Source: Felis catus
Lineage: Eukaryota
Direction of reading: 5' to 3'
Length of the DNA: 64,000 bases
NCBI RefSeq assembly: GCF_018350175.1
Contig: NC_058382.1
Span: forward strand, 53,136,001 to 53,200,000
A model generated the notes under the pieces. The model was not told the DNA's origin, searched no databases, and saw only the letters and a program-made list of their open reading frames with translations. A program made the translations under genes and the position numbers. Positions 36,181-49,009 of this stretch are shown piece after piece; positions within the stretch are counted from its first letter, which is position 1, and every line of letters starts with the position of its first letter.

Positions 36181-37224
36181 GATGGCCGTGGAGTCAGGTA
36201 GTAGTGTTCCCGCCACTGGGATTCGGCTGAACTCACGTGTAATTATTCCCACGATCACAGCCGCGGCAGACCCACTAAGCACGGCTCAGGCCGCACCAGG
36301 AACCCCGCCGGTGACCCCGGAAACACGTCTTATCGCTCATTTCTCCCCAGGTCAGAGATTTTTCTTTTCTGTGCCAGACACACGGCTTCGTTATAAAAAC
36401 GGAACGAGCACGAGACCACCACGGACATCCTGACATGTGAATTTAAACACCGATCCAGGTCAGCCGCCGCTCGGAGACTGGTTGCTCGTAGGCTTTGGGG
36501 CCTCAATGCCTCAGTCATCCTTAGGCTGGGGGAGGCACTTTTCATTCGTGTCCCCTGTGCGGGCTCGCAATTTGCCTCTGACAGACAAGGAGAGGGGTGG
36601 GTTAGTTCTGGGGAAGGAGGGAGGGTCAGGACTCCCAGGAGGGGAATTCCCTTGGCAGAGGGAGACAGACCTTCTTCCACCGTTTCGGAAGTTAAAAAGC
36701 TGGTGCCATAAAAGAATGCGTGATAAGTGCCCCAAGAGGCTTTTTACTTGAAACAACAAAATGGGAGAGTGGGTGAGGTATGATCAACAGCACAGGCTTT
36801 AAGGACAGAACAGAGTACATCTTGGTCCCCCTGTTTATGAACTTTTTAACTTGATAAGTCACTTAGATTCCTTGCATTTCCTACGTTTCTTTATCTGTAA
36901 CCTGAAACTGACAACCAGATGCCGGAAACTCCTCCCTCCCTTTCTTCCCTCCTTTTTTTCTCCGCCTCCCTCCCCCTTCCTCGAACAACATATTAAATGC
37001 CTAGGGTGTGCCAGAAAGTAAACCAGGTACCAGGGGTACAGAGAGGAACAAGAGGAGGCTGACGCCCGTGGCCTCATTCCAGCCTCTGTTGAAAAGAACT
37101 GATGAGACACCATACACAAAGCACCTGACAAATTAGAAAGGCTTCCAGAAATACGTATAGGTTCATTATGAGTGATTGCAGAAGTGGGCATATTTTACGT
37201 TTTGTTCAAAAGTTAGGGTTGGAA

Positions 37225-37411
37225 GGGGCATCTGGGCGACTCGACGGATTAGGCTCTTGATTTCGGCTCAGGTCATGATCTCACGGTTCGTGGGCTGGAG
37301 CCCCACGTCGGGCTTTGCATGGACAGCACAGAGCATGCTTGGGATTCTCTCTCCCTTTCTCTGTGCCCCTCCCCTGCTCATGCTGTCTGTTTGTCTCCCA
37401 AATAAGTAAAT
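37225..37411 (+). mobile_element. CAN-SINE, diverged
   Basis: ctcttgatttcggctcaggtcatgatctcacggttcgtg...gcttgggattctctctcc; degenerate TSD aaaa(g/a)ttagg(g/a)ttg(g/c)aa. Confidence 0.92.
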
Positions 37412-38204
37412 AAAAATTAGGATTGCAAGAAAAACAGATTTTTCAAACTCTGCATGCCTCCCTGCAAGGGTGCAAAGGTGAGGCCGGCAGTTCAAACCTA
37501 GAACACAGTGTGAGTAGTGCCCCCTGGAGTTGTGCGGTCTGATGACGTGGGAGGAAAAAAACCAAACAAGCGGGATCCAGGTTCCCTGCCCCACTTTCAA
37601 ACCTAGCAGCAACTCACTCTCTCTCTCTTTTTTTATGCTGTATCAATTGGGCTTCTATGATAGGGGCCCACTGCAAAGAGAAAACCAATATTTGAAATTC
37701 ACTGATCTTGGGGTTCAGTAAATGCCCTGAACTGCACTGGCCAACCCAAGGAAAAAGTAGGTATTTTTCTTCTGCAAGAAACACGAAAGAGAAGGCATTC
37801 AAATAGCTTTTTTCTGCCCACTCAGAACATTTTCAATTAAAAGCTGAGAGACATCTGTGTTTCGGAGCCTGCCAGGTGTTTCTGACGCTTGCCTCGGCTA
37901 CGTGGAGCTGAGCTCAGCTCGGTCCGCAGTCTGGCTCTCGAGTTTCCCGTGACTGGTACCTGTGTCTTAACACCACAGCCCCGGGGCCCCCTCTGCAGGC
38001 CTGAAGCCCACCCACGGGGAGTGATTTGATATACACAGCGCAGTAATAACCCTAAGCAAACCCCACGTCGCCAAATTCCTCTGCAGCTCTTGGCATCATA
38101 CAAGTACTGCCATTTGACTCCCCAAAGGATTAGCCGCAGCAAACCTTGGGGACGAGACAGAGGGTACAAACAGGGACAGGAGAATGGGCATAAGAGGTCA
38201 TTCT

Positions 38205-38409
38205 ATTTTTTTTTTTAAGGTTCATTTATTTTTGAGACAGAGCATGAATGGGGGAGAGTCAGGGAGAGAGGAAGACACAGAATCCAAAGCAGGCTCCAGG
38301 CTCTGAGCTGTCCGCACAGAGCCCGACGCGGGGCTCCAACTCACGGACCGTGAGATCATGACCTGAGCTGAAATCGGACACGTAACCGATGGAGCCACCC
38401 AGGAGCCCC
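38205..38409 (-). mobile_element. CAN-SINE
   Basis: Perfect 13-bp TSD aagaggtcattct at 38192-38204 and 38410-38422. Confidence 0.96.
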
Positions 38410-38539
38410 AAGAGGTCATTCTTTATCCAGGCAAGACCAGTGGTGAAGAGTGGAATTTTCGGAGATGAGACACACGTTCTGTATCCTTGCTTGCATTCTA
38501 CTCAGGGAATGAGTCAGAGCAACCAATAATGTGTAGGCG

Positions 38540-39150
38540 CCATGACAGGGGATGAGAGCAGAGAGGAAAGAGGACGAGGAATGCAGGAAGGCTGCATGGA
38601 GGAGGCAGCATTTAAGCCGCTCATATAAGGGAAGAACGTTTCTCGCAGAGAAAGGGAAGAACATTCTAACAGAGCAAAAAGCATGAACAAAATCTCAAAA
38701 CCGTGATGTGGCTATAGACTGGAGATAACTTATGCGGGGGGGCAGGGTTTTGGTGGAAAGTGGGGCTAGGTGGAGGCGGGGAGAATGGGAGTCGACAGTG
38801 AGGCACCTCACATAATATCCGCGGGAGTCTGGACCTGACCTCAATCTAGAATCCCTTGACTTTTCCGTAGGTATTAGTCTTGGGCTCCTTACCTACTACC
38901 CAACGAAATGCCCTCAGTGGCTGACTTTCCTTGTCTTTCCTGTCCTTCAAGGCTCTGCCTGAATCCTGCCTTCTCCAGAAGCCTACCTCGAGCTCACCTT
39001 TGTACATCAATCCTTCTCTTCTCCAATTTGGCTTCCACTCCACAGTCACTTTTGGGCGGTTTTCAACCACAGTCTTCGCTTGGTTGGCCGTGAAGTCTTC
39101 CCCCAAGACCTCAAAGTCCTCGTGGCTGGGGCCTATTATCATTATTCTCT
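38540..39150. mobile_element. L2 fragments (minus, then plus)
   Basis: ggaaggctgcatggaggaggcagcatttaagc...aacattctaacagagcaaaaagcatgaacaaa; tccttcaaggctctgcctgaatcctgccttctccagaagcct. Confidence 0.55.
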
Positions 39151-40097
39151 GTCCCCCCATGAGTTCAAGAGTAGGTGCTCTGTAAATAACCCCCCTTGAT
39201 AAATTAGGTTTCCTGTATCACATCTCTATTGACTTGCGCCTGGGGATCAGTCTAAATATTTGTCATTCTTAGGTTGGCGACACTTGAGTTGGATCCCCTG
39301 GATCCATACCCCATGCCTTTAATTTTTTTTGATAACCAGCCTCAGTGTCATTCAAGGAGTCCCCCAAAGCTTGTCCTCATAGTGGACACTAGGGATAGCC
39401 CTGGGATCATTGCTAGGGCAGGGGGAGGGGAGAACCCCCAGAAGTCAGACAGGCTCTCTTTTCAACTAAGTCAGCCTCAAGACCCTTTTGGCCCTGAGTG
39501 ACGGAGACAATCTACACACCGAGCTGAGACACACTGCCGAGTCTCTGATGGGATTTCCTTGTGTGGTCCAGACATCTGGTCAACCCCAAATGCTGTTTTT
39601 ATTTACTGAATTGCTTTTTGGAACTTTCTGGACTCACCATGAGTTTGGTTTGCTCAGGCTGTCCTCATGGCGGATCCTTCTGCCTATTATGCCTTCACAC
39701 ACAGGCTCTCTCTCTTCCAGGTCTCCACTCAGACCCCAGCACCTCTAGACCATCTTCCTCAACCACCCAGCCAGCCTTGGGCATTCCCCTCTGTGTTGGC
39801 CAAGTACTCTTCAGTAAAACCTATCTCGTAAGGCCACTGGAGGGTTGGTACGAAAACTTCAGTAAATGCTAATGGTTGCTGCTGACACTACGACTCCTGT
39901 AATCATCCACTTTGTGCTATACTTTGTCTTTTCCCTTATGCATATTTAGCGCCCAGCGGAGGCCAGGCATAGAGGAGGTGTTTCCTGAACGAGTGAACCC
40001 TATCAGTGCGGCCTCAGAGGAACAAGCCAGGCCTTAACATTCACAAGTTTGGGATCCAGGGTAATTAAGCGATCATGCTCAAAAACACAATACGTCA

Positions 40098-40319
40098 GGG
40101 GCGCCTGGGTGGCTCAGACAGTTGGGAGTCTGACCCTTGATTTTGGCTCAGAGCATGATTTTGCGGTACGTGAGTTCGAGCCCCGTGTTGGGCTCTGAGC
40201 TGACCGTGTGGAGCCTTCAGGGGATTCTCTCTTTTTCCCCCCCCATCTCTCTGCCTCAGCCCCAGGTGCACTCTCTGTCTCTCTCAAAACAAATAAACAT
40301 TAAAAAAACAAAAACCAAA
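40098..40319 (+). mobile_element. CAN-SINE
   Basis: ggggcgcctgggtggctcag head, gagttcgagccc B-box, A-rich tail. Confidence 0.94.
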
Positions 40320-40610
40320 CACCATAGGACAAAATGAGCCTTCAGGGATACAGTGCCAAGAACGCAAGGCCACAGAGGTGAGACGCACATGTTGTCGGAC
40401 AAGGGGTTGGCCAACACTTCCCAAGGAGGTCAAGGTGGTACCACGTGGCACAGGTAGTAAGCAACCATGTGGAGATATTGGAGAAGGGCCTGTTGACTTC
40501 GCAGGCCTTGTAAAAGCGTCTGTTCTCCATCACGAGGAGCACACGATTAGCCCTGGCAGACACGGGCTCGATCCCGGCCCTGCGGCTTCACTGTTCCACG
40601 ACGTATCGAA

Positions 40611-40776
40611 GTCTCTGGCCCTGGGCACTGGACATGGAGCTGGGTAATCTTGTGTTGTGGGTGTTGTCGGGAGCATTACAGGGTTCGCAGGAGCGTTCCT
40701 GGCCTCTACTCTCTTGGTCCTAATTCCGCCCCCCACCCCATGCTGTGACAAGTGCCCCCTAGCTGAGAACCACCGC
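40611..40776 (-). mobile_element. MER20 fragment inserted in a MIR
   Basis: ggtaatcttgtgttgtggg...cctggcctctac...tgtgacaa...tgagaaccaccg; MIR text on both sides. Confidence 0.7.
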
Positions 40777-41209
40777 TCGCAGCTAAGCCTGGGTCTCCTG
40801 AGCTGTGAGGGGAGGCTAACAATCCCTATTAGGCCGGGCTGTTGTTAGGATCACATGAGGTAACACGTATGAAAGGGCTTAGCCCAGGGCTGGTGCGGGG
40901 CTGAGTGGCCACAATAAAGGAGGGAGGAAAGACCCTCCCCCATCCACACGCTGCTCTGGGAGGCTGCCTGGGAGATAACAGGGCAGAAGGGGCCCATCAG
41001 TCTCTGTCCTGAAATCCCACCAGAGTCAGCAGCTCACGGAGCTAGCCTTGCCCTGTAGGTATGTAAATATGGGAATTATCAGGGCCAGCATCTGTGAGAG
41101 TTCAAGCAGGAAGTCCTTACAGCTTCCTGTAAAAAAACAAGTGACAAACTTGGATAAACAGCAAGCAAAGATATTCCTGTGTCATCACCAGCCTCCCAAA
41201 GAGTTGTGC

Positions 41210-41215
<6 letters not shown>

Positions 41216-41284
<69 letters not shown>
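41216..41284. repeat. Compound (CT)n(CA)n microsatellite
   Basis: Directly visible. Confidence 0.95.
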
Positions 41285-42097
41285 AGCCTCCTGCAGTAAG
41301 ATGCACCATAAAATGGTTATCAAAACCCTCCCTTACAAGTCAGACTTGAGATCAAGTCTCACCTCTGCGACTTAGGAGCTCTGTGACTTTGCTCCAATTA
41401 CCTTACCTCTCTGAGCCATAGCTTCCTCTTTTTAACCCAGGGATAACAATGGGACCTACTTCAAAGGGCTAACGTGGGTGGTCAGTGTAATACTATATAT
41501 CAGCAATGTGTGTATTTCTCACGTAGATGACGCCCATGGTGGGGACCAAGGGCCTGGGGTCTAGTACATACTCAAAACATTAGGTCTTCCCCTTCTCAGT
41601 AATGGTGCGACCAGCAATCTCTCCCAAGGGGCAATCCCCATTCTCCGATGGGAGAGGATGCTGTGGGGCTGAAGCGTCACCCACTGGGGAAGAGAGCTCA
41701 GCAAATGGAGGCCCAATCAAGGAGCAGTCGGTGGGTGAGCTGGAACGGCAAGAGGATGGAGCTTGGGGTCAGAGACGTCCACGGTCAAATCCCCACTCTA
41801 CCACTTAGCACCTGGGCAAATCCCGTCCTCTGTCCGAGCACTCAACGCCCGCCATTTCTGAGCCCCACAGGGCACTCATGGCCTTTGCCAACTCTGTGGT
41901 TCCTCACTTCACTCTCTCGTCACTGTCTCAGGAGATATCTGCTTGGCCCTGAGCCAAGGGTGAGGTAGACAGGGCATGGGCCCCGCCCTCAAGGAGCTCA
42001 AAGTCTGGTGCTAAAAGCCAAACTTCCCAAGAGAAGGCATGGCTAGAAGAGAAGGCATAAAGAAGAATAGCACTGAAAGCCAAGCTCGAAATGCAGA

Positions 42098-42395
42098 TGC
42101 ATTAGTCACAAGAGACGAGCTTACGTCACGGGAACAACCCTCAAATCTCAGTCGCTTCGCGAAACAGAGATGGGCAAGTGGGACCAGGGCCTCCTCTGGA
42201 CGGTTGTCCGTGCATTATCTTAGTATTCTTGGTGTTCAGCTCTCAGGCCACCTCCACACCAAGAGGGCGTCCGCGATCACTGAGGCAGGGGAGGGGAGGC
42301 ACGGGTGTTCTACGCCCTCTCCCGACAGCTTCCACCTGCGAGTGCTGGTTGCGTTCACCTTGACATTTCACCAGACATGGCTGGTCACATGTTCT
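42098..42395 (-). mobile_element. Old MaLR LTR fragment (MLT1I/J-like)
   Basis: aacaaccctcaaatctcagtcgctt...cagcttccacctg...acatttcaccagac...gtcacatg. Confidence 0.5.
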
Positions 42396-43356
42396 TTTCT
42401 TTCGCTAGCACTCAGCCCAGGGGCTGGCCTAAGATAGAAGCTCAACAACCTCATGGGGAAAGAAGAAAGGAAGGGACGGGGACTCGAGCTGTTAAGAAAC
42501 TTCTCTGCTGTCCAGGCACAGAACTGTGGCCTGGGGAAGAAGTCTCCTTAAATTAGGAGAGGTTCGGTGTGTGGGTGAGGGGGGCTGAGCCGCGGATGGT
42601 CAGCAGTCAGGTTGAGATGGCTTACTTTCTGCAGCCACAAAGCAGCTTGTGTCCTAAGCCCCTAAGGTTTCCAGGCCACTGATACCTGCACCCTCCCCCT
42701 CAAGGCCGCCACCCCCTTATTTCTTCCTGGGGCGTATCAGAAAGAACATGGGCCGTGGAGTCAGTTGAACCATGGATTCCCGTGATTCCCGGACCATTCC
42801 CTTTCTAGCTGCATGCCTTGGAGATACTAACGGGACATCCCTGGAACTCAGTTTCCTCGCTCATCAAGCAAAGACATCTGTAAAGTCAAAGACCCTTCAA
42901 CAGCTCTTGCCCTTTCCCTCTGGGCCGCACCCTTGAATCCTTCAGAGCATCACATTACAGCCCTCGGAACTCACTCCCTGTAAACAACTGAACTTCCCAC
43001 GGAGCTTTCCCCCCTGGGTAAAGGCTTCCCCGCCTCCTTCCAGCAAAGCGCCATGTGCCTGGGTATGCCTGAGCCCTGCACCTGTCCCCTCCCAGCAGCA
43101 CTGACAGAGGGGATGTACCCAGCTTGGGGCTGGTGGCAGCTGCTTTGAGTGCCCCGAGCTGCCACATGGTGCACAGGATGCAGCAGGGACGATTACTCAC
43201 TGCTAATAATTATAGACGGAGACAACACCAGGGGATGGCTGAGCCCAAGGTGGAGGCTCTCAGAGCCTTCATGTTCTGCATTCTGGACGGGTTCTTGAGG
43301 ATTCCAAGGATCTGGGCGAGGTCAGCCCCATTCACTCATTTACCCATGAGGTTTAA

Positions 43357-43507
43357 TTTTTTTTTTTAATTTTTATTTATTTTGGAGAGAGTGAGACAGA
43401 ATGTGAGCGGGGGAGAAACAGAGAGAGAGGGAGACACAGAACCCAAAGCACGCTCGAGGCTCTGAGCTGTCAGCACAGAGCCCGACACGGGGCTCGAACT
43501 CATGAAC
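43357..43507 (-). mobile_element. 5'-truncated CAN-SINE
   Basis: Tail and body present; homology stops just after ggggctcgaactcatgaac, so the A-box is missing. Confidence 0.9.
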
Positions 43508-44289
43508 TTAAACCTACTTTTTTTTTTTTAATAAACTCTTCAAAATATGGCTGCTTCTCTTTCTCTTCAGGGTGGTACCAGACATTTGGAAGAATAAAAA
43601 AGGAAGTGGTTTATAGCTACATTGCAAAAAAAAAAAAAAAAAAAATCAGGCATTTATTGTGACTTCCATAGAATCATATGATTTTAAGCTGAAAGGTTTA
43701 AATATCATCCAGGCAGAAGCATCCCTTTCCTTTCCTCAATCTTCCAAATGAATAAAGAGAAGTAATTCAGACACGGTGCCCAGGAACCCAGCCCTCCAAA
43801 TTCCTAAATCTGTCCTTAGTGCTAGGTCTGGTCCCAGGGACAAGAGAGGAGAACAGTATGGAAGGCACCGCAGATCTGAAGCATCGGACGACCTGGATGT
43901 TTTTGTCACTTTCTCTCTGTATACGGTTGGGGAAGCCACTTTATTGTGCGACCGTTTCCTGACGGATAAAGGACAGATAAGGAAGCTTTTTATCTTGTTG
44001 TTTGTGGACGACTGGACTCCGCTATCCAAGTGTTACGATGACCACCACGGCAGCTACCAAAACTATTCTTATTTCCACACGGGCACACGGCCGTCATTTC
44101 CACGTCAGGAAAACGGAACACGGGCAAATGCGTCGTTTACAAAATGCCACAATTTCCCAGGCATGTTGAGAGTCAAACTCACAGAACGGACAGGTACCTC
44201 TCCTCCGACTTTTAGCAGAAGTTGTTAAGCGGGGGGAGTGCCAGTCCCCTGTTCATGGCAGGCTGAGCAAGTGTCTATGGCCCCTTTCA

Positions 44290-46520
44290 GCAGACTCGGA
44301 CATTAATAGAACCTAATTCTTTAATGGACTCTGGGTGAAGTTTTTTTTTTTTTTTTCTCTTACATCTTGAGGTCTTTAAAAAGCCTGTGGTGAATTGCAC
44401 TGACATAAACCTTTTATAGAAACAATCAAATATCACTCGGTAAGATAATTAGCATAAGAATAGCACAAAGTCAGCCCGTCCCACACTTGGTGCCAAACAT
44501 CAAAAGGGCTCCTGCCAGCCTCACCCCTACCCGATTTTGGTGGCGGAGGGGGGTGAATTTCCTCCCTCCCCTAGGCAGTTTCCAGAGCGAAGCCGGGCTC
44601 CAAGGTGTGCCATGTTTATCCTGGGCTGCGGGACAGATGATGTTCCCAGTGGGCATCACGGGGCAAAGGATGAGGAAGGAGGGGAGGCACAGGAGTTTGG
44701 GTGCCCGCCACCCCCCTCCCCCCCCCCGCCTCCAAGCCCCACTGGGCAGGCCACTTCCCTTTCTAGAAGCAGTGCTGGGCAGGCATCCCCTCCCCACGCC
44801 GCCCCTAACTTCCTGCCTTGTCTTTCCAAGTATTTTCTCGTGTTGATCAGGGGCTTGCTTTTGTTTATGACTTCTGGATAAAATATCGCAGGAAAGGAGT
44901 GTCCTCTCTCAGGGTCCAGATAAGACGCCCACAGGAGCGCCACGTGGACCCGGCACACGCTACTCACCGCGATAAAGCACGTGTGTCTTAGCCTGGAAAT
45001 GAAACTTCTTAGAAATGGTAACTGGCAGGGGTCCTCTGCTCCGGCCTCAGCCCAGAGAGACAGACCCCCAGCCCAGGCCAGCGGGCATTCTTCCTATACT
45101 GTCACCTGATCACCGTGACAGGCGATGGGTATTCAAACCGTGTAGCTAAGAGAGGAGAAACACGCGACACCTTTCCGTTTTTCCACAGCTCAAGTGTGCA
45201 ACTGGCCTCAGGAAAAAAAACCACAGCAGGGTTCCTGGCCAGCTTGAAGCTGGGGGATTCTTTCTCACCGTGTGGCCAGAACACAGACCCCAGCCTGGCT
45301 GAGCTCGAGACACCGTCTTCTTGAGTCCCCTTTAACTTAGCTGACAGCTATGAAAACGGGTTGTGTTTTTTAAATAAATAGGCATTTCTCATTAGCGGGG
45401 GGCAGTTCCGCAGGCGTAGGGCCTCCCTGTCCACGGGGGGCTCTCCCGGAAAAAAAAAACAAGAGCCCCGGGTCTCCCGCACAAAAGCCCTGCATACCTG
45501 TGCCCCCACACTGGCTGGGGGTGATTATTCACCCATTCTGTTGTGACAGACAGAGAGGGAATTTAGCAAAGCACACAATTTCCTAATTAGGGCGCCGGGA
45601 GTCCTTTGGATGGTAATTTGGAACAAAAAGAGCGAGCCCCACCATGACGGGGTGAGGGAAAGGGAAAACCCAAGCCAAAGAAGAAAAGAAAAACCCACAA
45701 AAACCAAAAACCAAAAAACAGAGGCGGTGGGGAGGAACAAGTGGCCCGCTCACGGCAGGCACAGAACACAGTTCTAGAAGTTTCTCCTAGCCAACAGACT
45801 TCTTCTCTGCCAGAGGCTGCTGCTCACATCTGGCAACACGATCCCCAGGCACCTACCATATGTAAGGACACAAGGTTTTATGACTTATTGTCGGTAAGAT
45901 TTATGGAGATGATATACGAGCGGTGATTTTTTTCATCTTCTCATCTCGGGAGCAAACACGGCGAGGCACGGCCCCCAGCCCTGTTGCCGGCCGGGGCTGC
46001 GGGATCCTAACACGGGGCCCAGGAAACACTCGGGCCCCGGCCGGGTCTGCTGCTTCCCCCCTTTAATAAAGGAACAGCCTGTGGTAGCAGCAGCAGCAAC
46101 AATTTATTTGATTAAAATGGGCTACTCTGGAGCTATTTTGCGGTATGTTAATGAGGGCTATATCGTAGACACGTATTAAATTAGATTTCATAAATGTCAG
46201 CCGTGTTTGCACAGGAAATGCACCAGCCTAAATGTGGACCGAACGCGGAATTAATTTCCCCCCTCCGGAGCACGCGCACTCCTGCAGGGGTGAAGGTGTG
46301 CCGGGGAGGTGAGGACAAGACGCCCTGCTCGCAGGGTTAATATTAGCACTGGTCAAACACAGCAGTTCTGGCTCGCGGCCGCCTTGCAAACAACGAGAAT
46401 ACGAGGGGGCCGACAGGAAGGAAATAACAGAACTCAACACTTCCTTGGAACAAGCCCTCGGCTTTCTGTGTCACAATATTTCACCTTTCCCTTACATCGG
46501 AATCAGCACAAATGCGCGCA
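44290..46520. promoter_or_regulatory. Candidate clustered regulatory region
   Basis: More than 2 kb without a recognisable repeat, alternating CpG-rich and TAAT-rich blocks; inferred from composition only. Confidence 0.45.
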
Positions 46521-47659
46521 GCTTGAGAAAACAGGCCGCAGGAAGAAATGGAGCTCTGCGGCCAGAGGCATCCTGGCTTTCGAGATCAGTGATTCCCTGC
46601 CACCAGCCACGGAGATGTCCTCGCCAGCTCTCGAGCATTCGGACGGGCCGGAAGGAAGGAGCTTACTGACGAACCCCTTTCAGACTTCCGGGCGGAGGGA
46701 CCCTGAGCCCGCTGACCCTTTCCTGCCTCAGTGTCCTCCCCCTTCTTAATCTTCCATACCTGGCCTGGAAGAGTTAGACCTCACACGTTCTCTCGGAAGG
46801 AGCAAAGAGTCAAAGGAACAGCACCGTGAACATGAATTTCTGGGGTCGCGGAGATTCTCTAAAAAATGTTTTTTGAGAGAAAAAAAATCATAGTCACGTA
46901 GAAGCGACTGTGACCGGTGCCTATGAAACTGCACTGACCCAGTCTCACGCCTCTGCAGTTGGGAGGCAGGGCGATACTTGTGCGTTCCTTTGGACAGAGG
47001 AACTTGGAAAGAAGACAGTCAGATTGATCCTTCGGCTGTGTAGTTTATAGGTGTCTATCAGTGTTCTTGGATGGCAAACAGAGCGTGTGTCCCTTTAAAT
47101 GCAATTTTGTGAACGTGAGGCTCCCAAGGGAGAGGGCACCCACTTCAGAAAAAAAATTGTTCTGCCTTGTTTTGTTTTCGTGGCCATTCATTTTGAAATC
47201 TTGTTTGGCACGCTTTATAGCCGCTAAGAGCTTAAAAGATGAAGTGATTAGATCCAAGAGGCCAAAGTGAGGTGGCCTTTCCTTTCCACATGGGCCAGAT
47301 TTGTTTCCTTGTGTTTCTACGAGTGTTCCAATGAAACGAAATTCAAAGGAAGTGAGCACACATTTGATACACACAAGACTCTTCTTAGGAGTCCTGGGAA
47401 TCCTAGAGTCTTGGGTTAAAAAGAAGACCTGATTGGATTCCCACCACTACCGCCTCCGAGATCTTGAACGTGTTCAGCAGACTTAATGAGACCCCGAATC
47501 CTCTTGTCTCCGCTGAGGACACAACTTCCTTCCTGAGATTTTGGACTACAGAAGAGATTAAGCACCTGGGCAACACCGGGGCTCGGTTGATGTTAGTTTT
47601 GATTCGTATTTCCATCGCTTCGGGCATAGTTAGCTTTTGGATGAATAGGATTCGGACTC

Positions 47660-48335
47660 ATTCATTTACTTGCGCACGGACTCACTCAAGACATGTTCAC
47701 TGAGGACGTGTTATGAGCCGGGGACTATAGTGGGCACCTGGGATAGGATAGCAAACACGAGAGCTTATGTCCCTGTCCTCATGGACAGACAGATATTTGT
47801 CTGGTAAACACATAAATAAGATGACTTCAGATACGGAGAAAAGACCACGGCGAGTATGACAGGGTGCCTGGGATGGGGAACAGACTAAGGAGGATAGCAA
47901 GGGACGCCATGAAGAGCTGACACTGACAGGAAAAACAAGAAGCAGGCAGCCAGATAAAGAAGAAGAGGAAGGCTATTCTAGGGTAGGGTTGACAAATAAA
48001 ATACACGACATTCAGTTAACTTGAACTTCAGATAAACAACGCTTTTCAACGTAAGCACGACTCCACATTGCATAGGATGGGATTACACAAAAAGAATTAT
48101 TAACTGTTTATTTGAAATTCCCACGTCACGACACGCCCTGTGTTTTTATTCCCTAAATCTGGGGGGCCTATTGGGGGAGGTGGGAACAGCAGGGACAAAG
48201 GCGATGCCATGGGAGTGAACTTGGCTTATCTAGGCTGCAGAAAGAAGGTCAGCATATCCAGGGGGTGGGAGATGTGCTTTCGGACAGGAAGTCAGAGCCC
48301 CACTATAAAGGATCTGGAGGCTATGACGAGGAGTT
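47660..48335 (-). mobile_element. L2 3' fragment interrupted by MER53
   Basis: cattcatttac...cactgaggacgtgttatgagccggggactatagtgggcacctgggata...tccctgtcctcatgga; gggaacagcagggacaaaggc after the insertion. Confidence 0.7.
47984..48170. mobile_element. MER53 palindromic DNA transposon
   Basis: tagggttg...aaaataca...cagttaacttgaacttcagataaacaac ... tgtttatttgaaattc...ctgtgtttttatt...taaatctgg; internal inverted arms. Confidence 0.8.
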
Positions 48336-48412
48336 TGAGTCAATCAAACACAACGACGCATGTATTTCATCCATGGAATTATCTGGGCCATGAGTAACAG
48401 CCCAACTACCAC

Positions 48413-48633
48413 CAGAGGTTGGCGAACAAAGCCTGCAGGACAAATCCAGGCTGATGCCTGTTTTTGTAAATAAAGTTTTATTGGAACCCGGCCTCACGCC
48501 TTTATTTACATGGCATCCATGGCTGCTTTCCCACTATGGCAGCAGAGTGGAACAGTTGTTACAGAGACCATAAATCCCACAGAACCTAATTTATTTACTC
48601 CTCTGTCCTTCAGAGAAACTACGGCATGTCCCA
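48413..48633 (+). mobile_element. MER58A DNA transposon
   Basis: cagaggttggcgaac...gcctgtttttgtaaataaagttttattggaac...catggctgctttc...agttgttacagagacc. Confidence 0.85.
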
Positions 48634-48760
48634 GGAGGCAAAACACAACAACTCCTAGGAAACAGCAACCTCGCTGTGCTGAATCCTAGTTTCCTGCCCA
48701 CCGTTCTTAACTTCCATCTTCCTATTTTGTGGTTCCTGTTCAATCAGAAACTAATTTTTT

Positions 48761-48957
48761 TTCTTTAATGTTTTTTATTTTTTTTTGAGAGACAGAGTGC
48801 AAGCAGGGGAGGGGCAGAAAGAGAGGGAGTCACAGAATCCGAAGCGGGTTCCAGGCTGCCGGCTGTCAGCACACAGCCCGACACTGGGCTAGGTCTCACA
48901 AACCACAATATCATGACCTGAGCCGAAGTCGGCCGCTTAAGGGACCCAGGTGTCCCC
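48761..48957 (-). mobile_element. CAN-SINE
   Basis: Reverse-strand body; degenerate TSD agaaa(c/t)taa(t/a)ttttt at 48746-48760 and 48982-48996. Confidence 0.93.
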
Positions 48958-49009
48958 CTGCCCCCCCCTGGCCCCCCGCCAAGAAATTAAATTTTTAGAT
49001 AAATGTTTT

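Noticed and set aside
36410..36432. Partial REST/NRSE match caccacggaca
   Set aside because: Lacks the TTCAG 5' part and the GC-rich 3' end of the consensus
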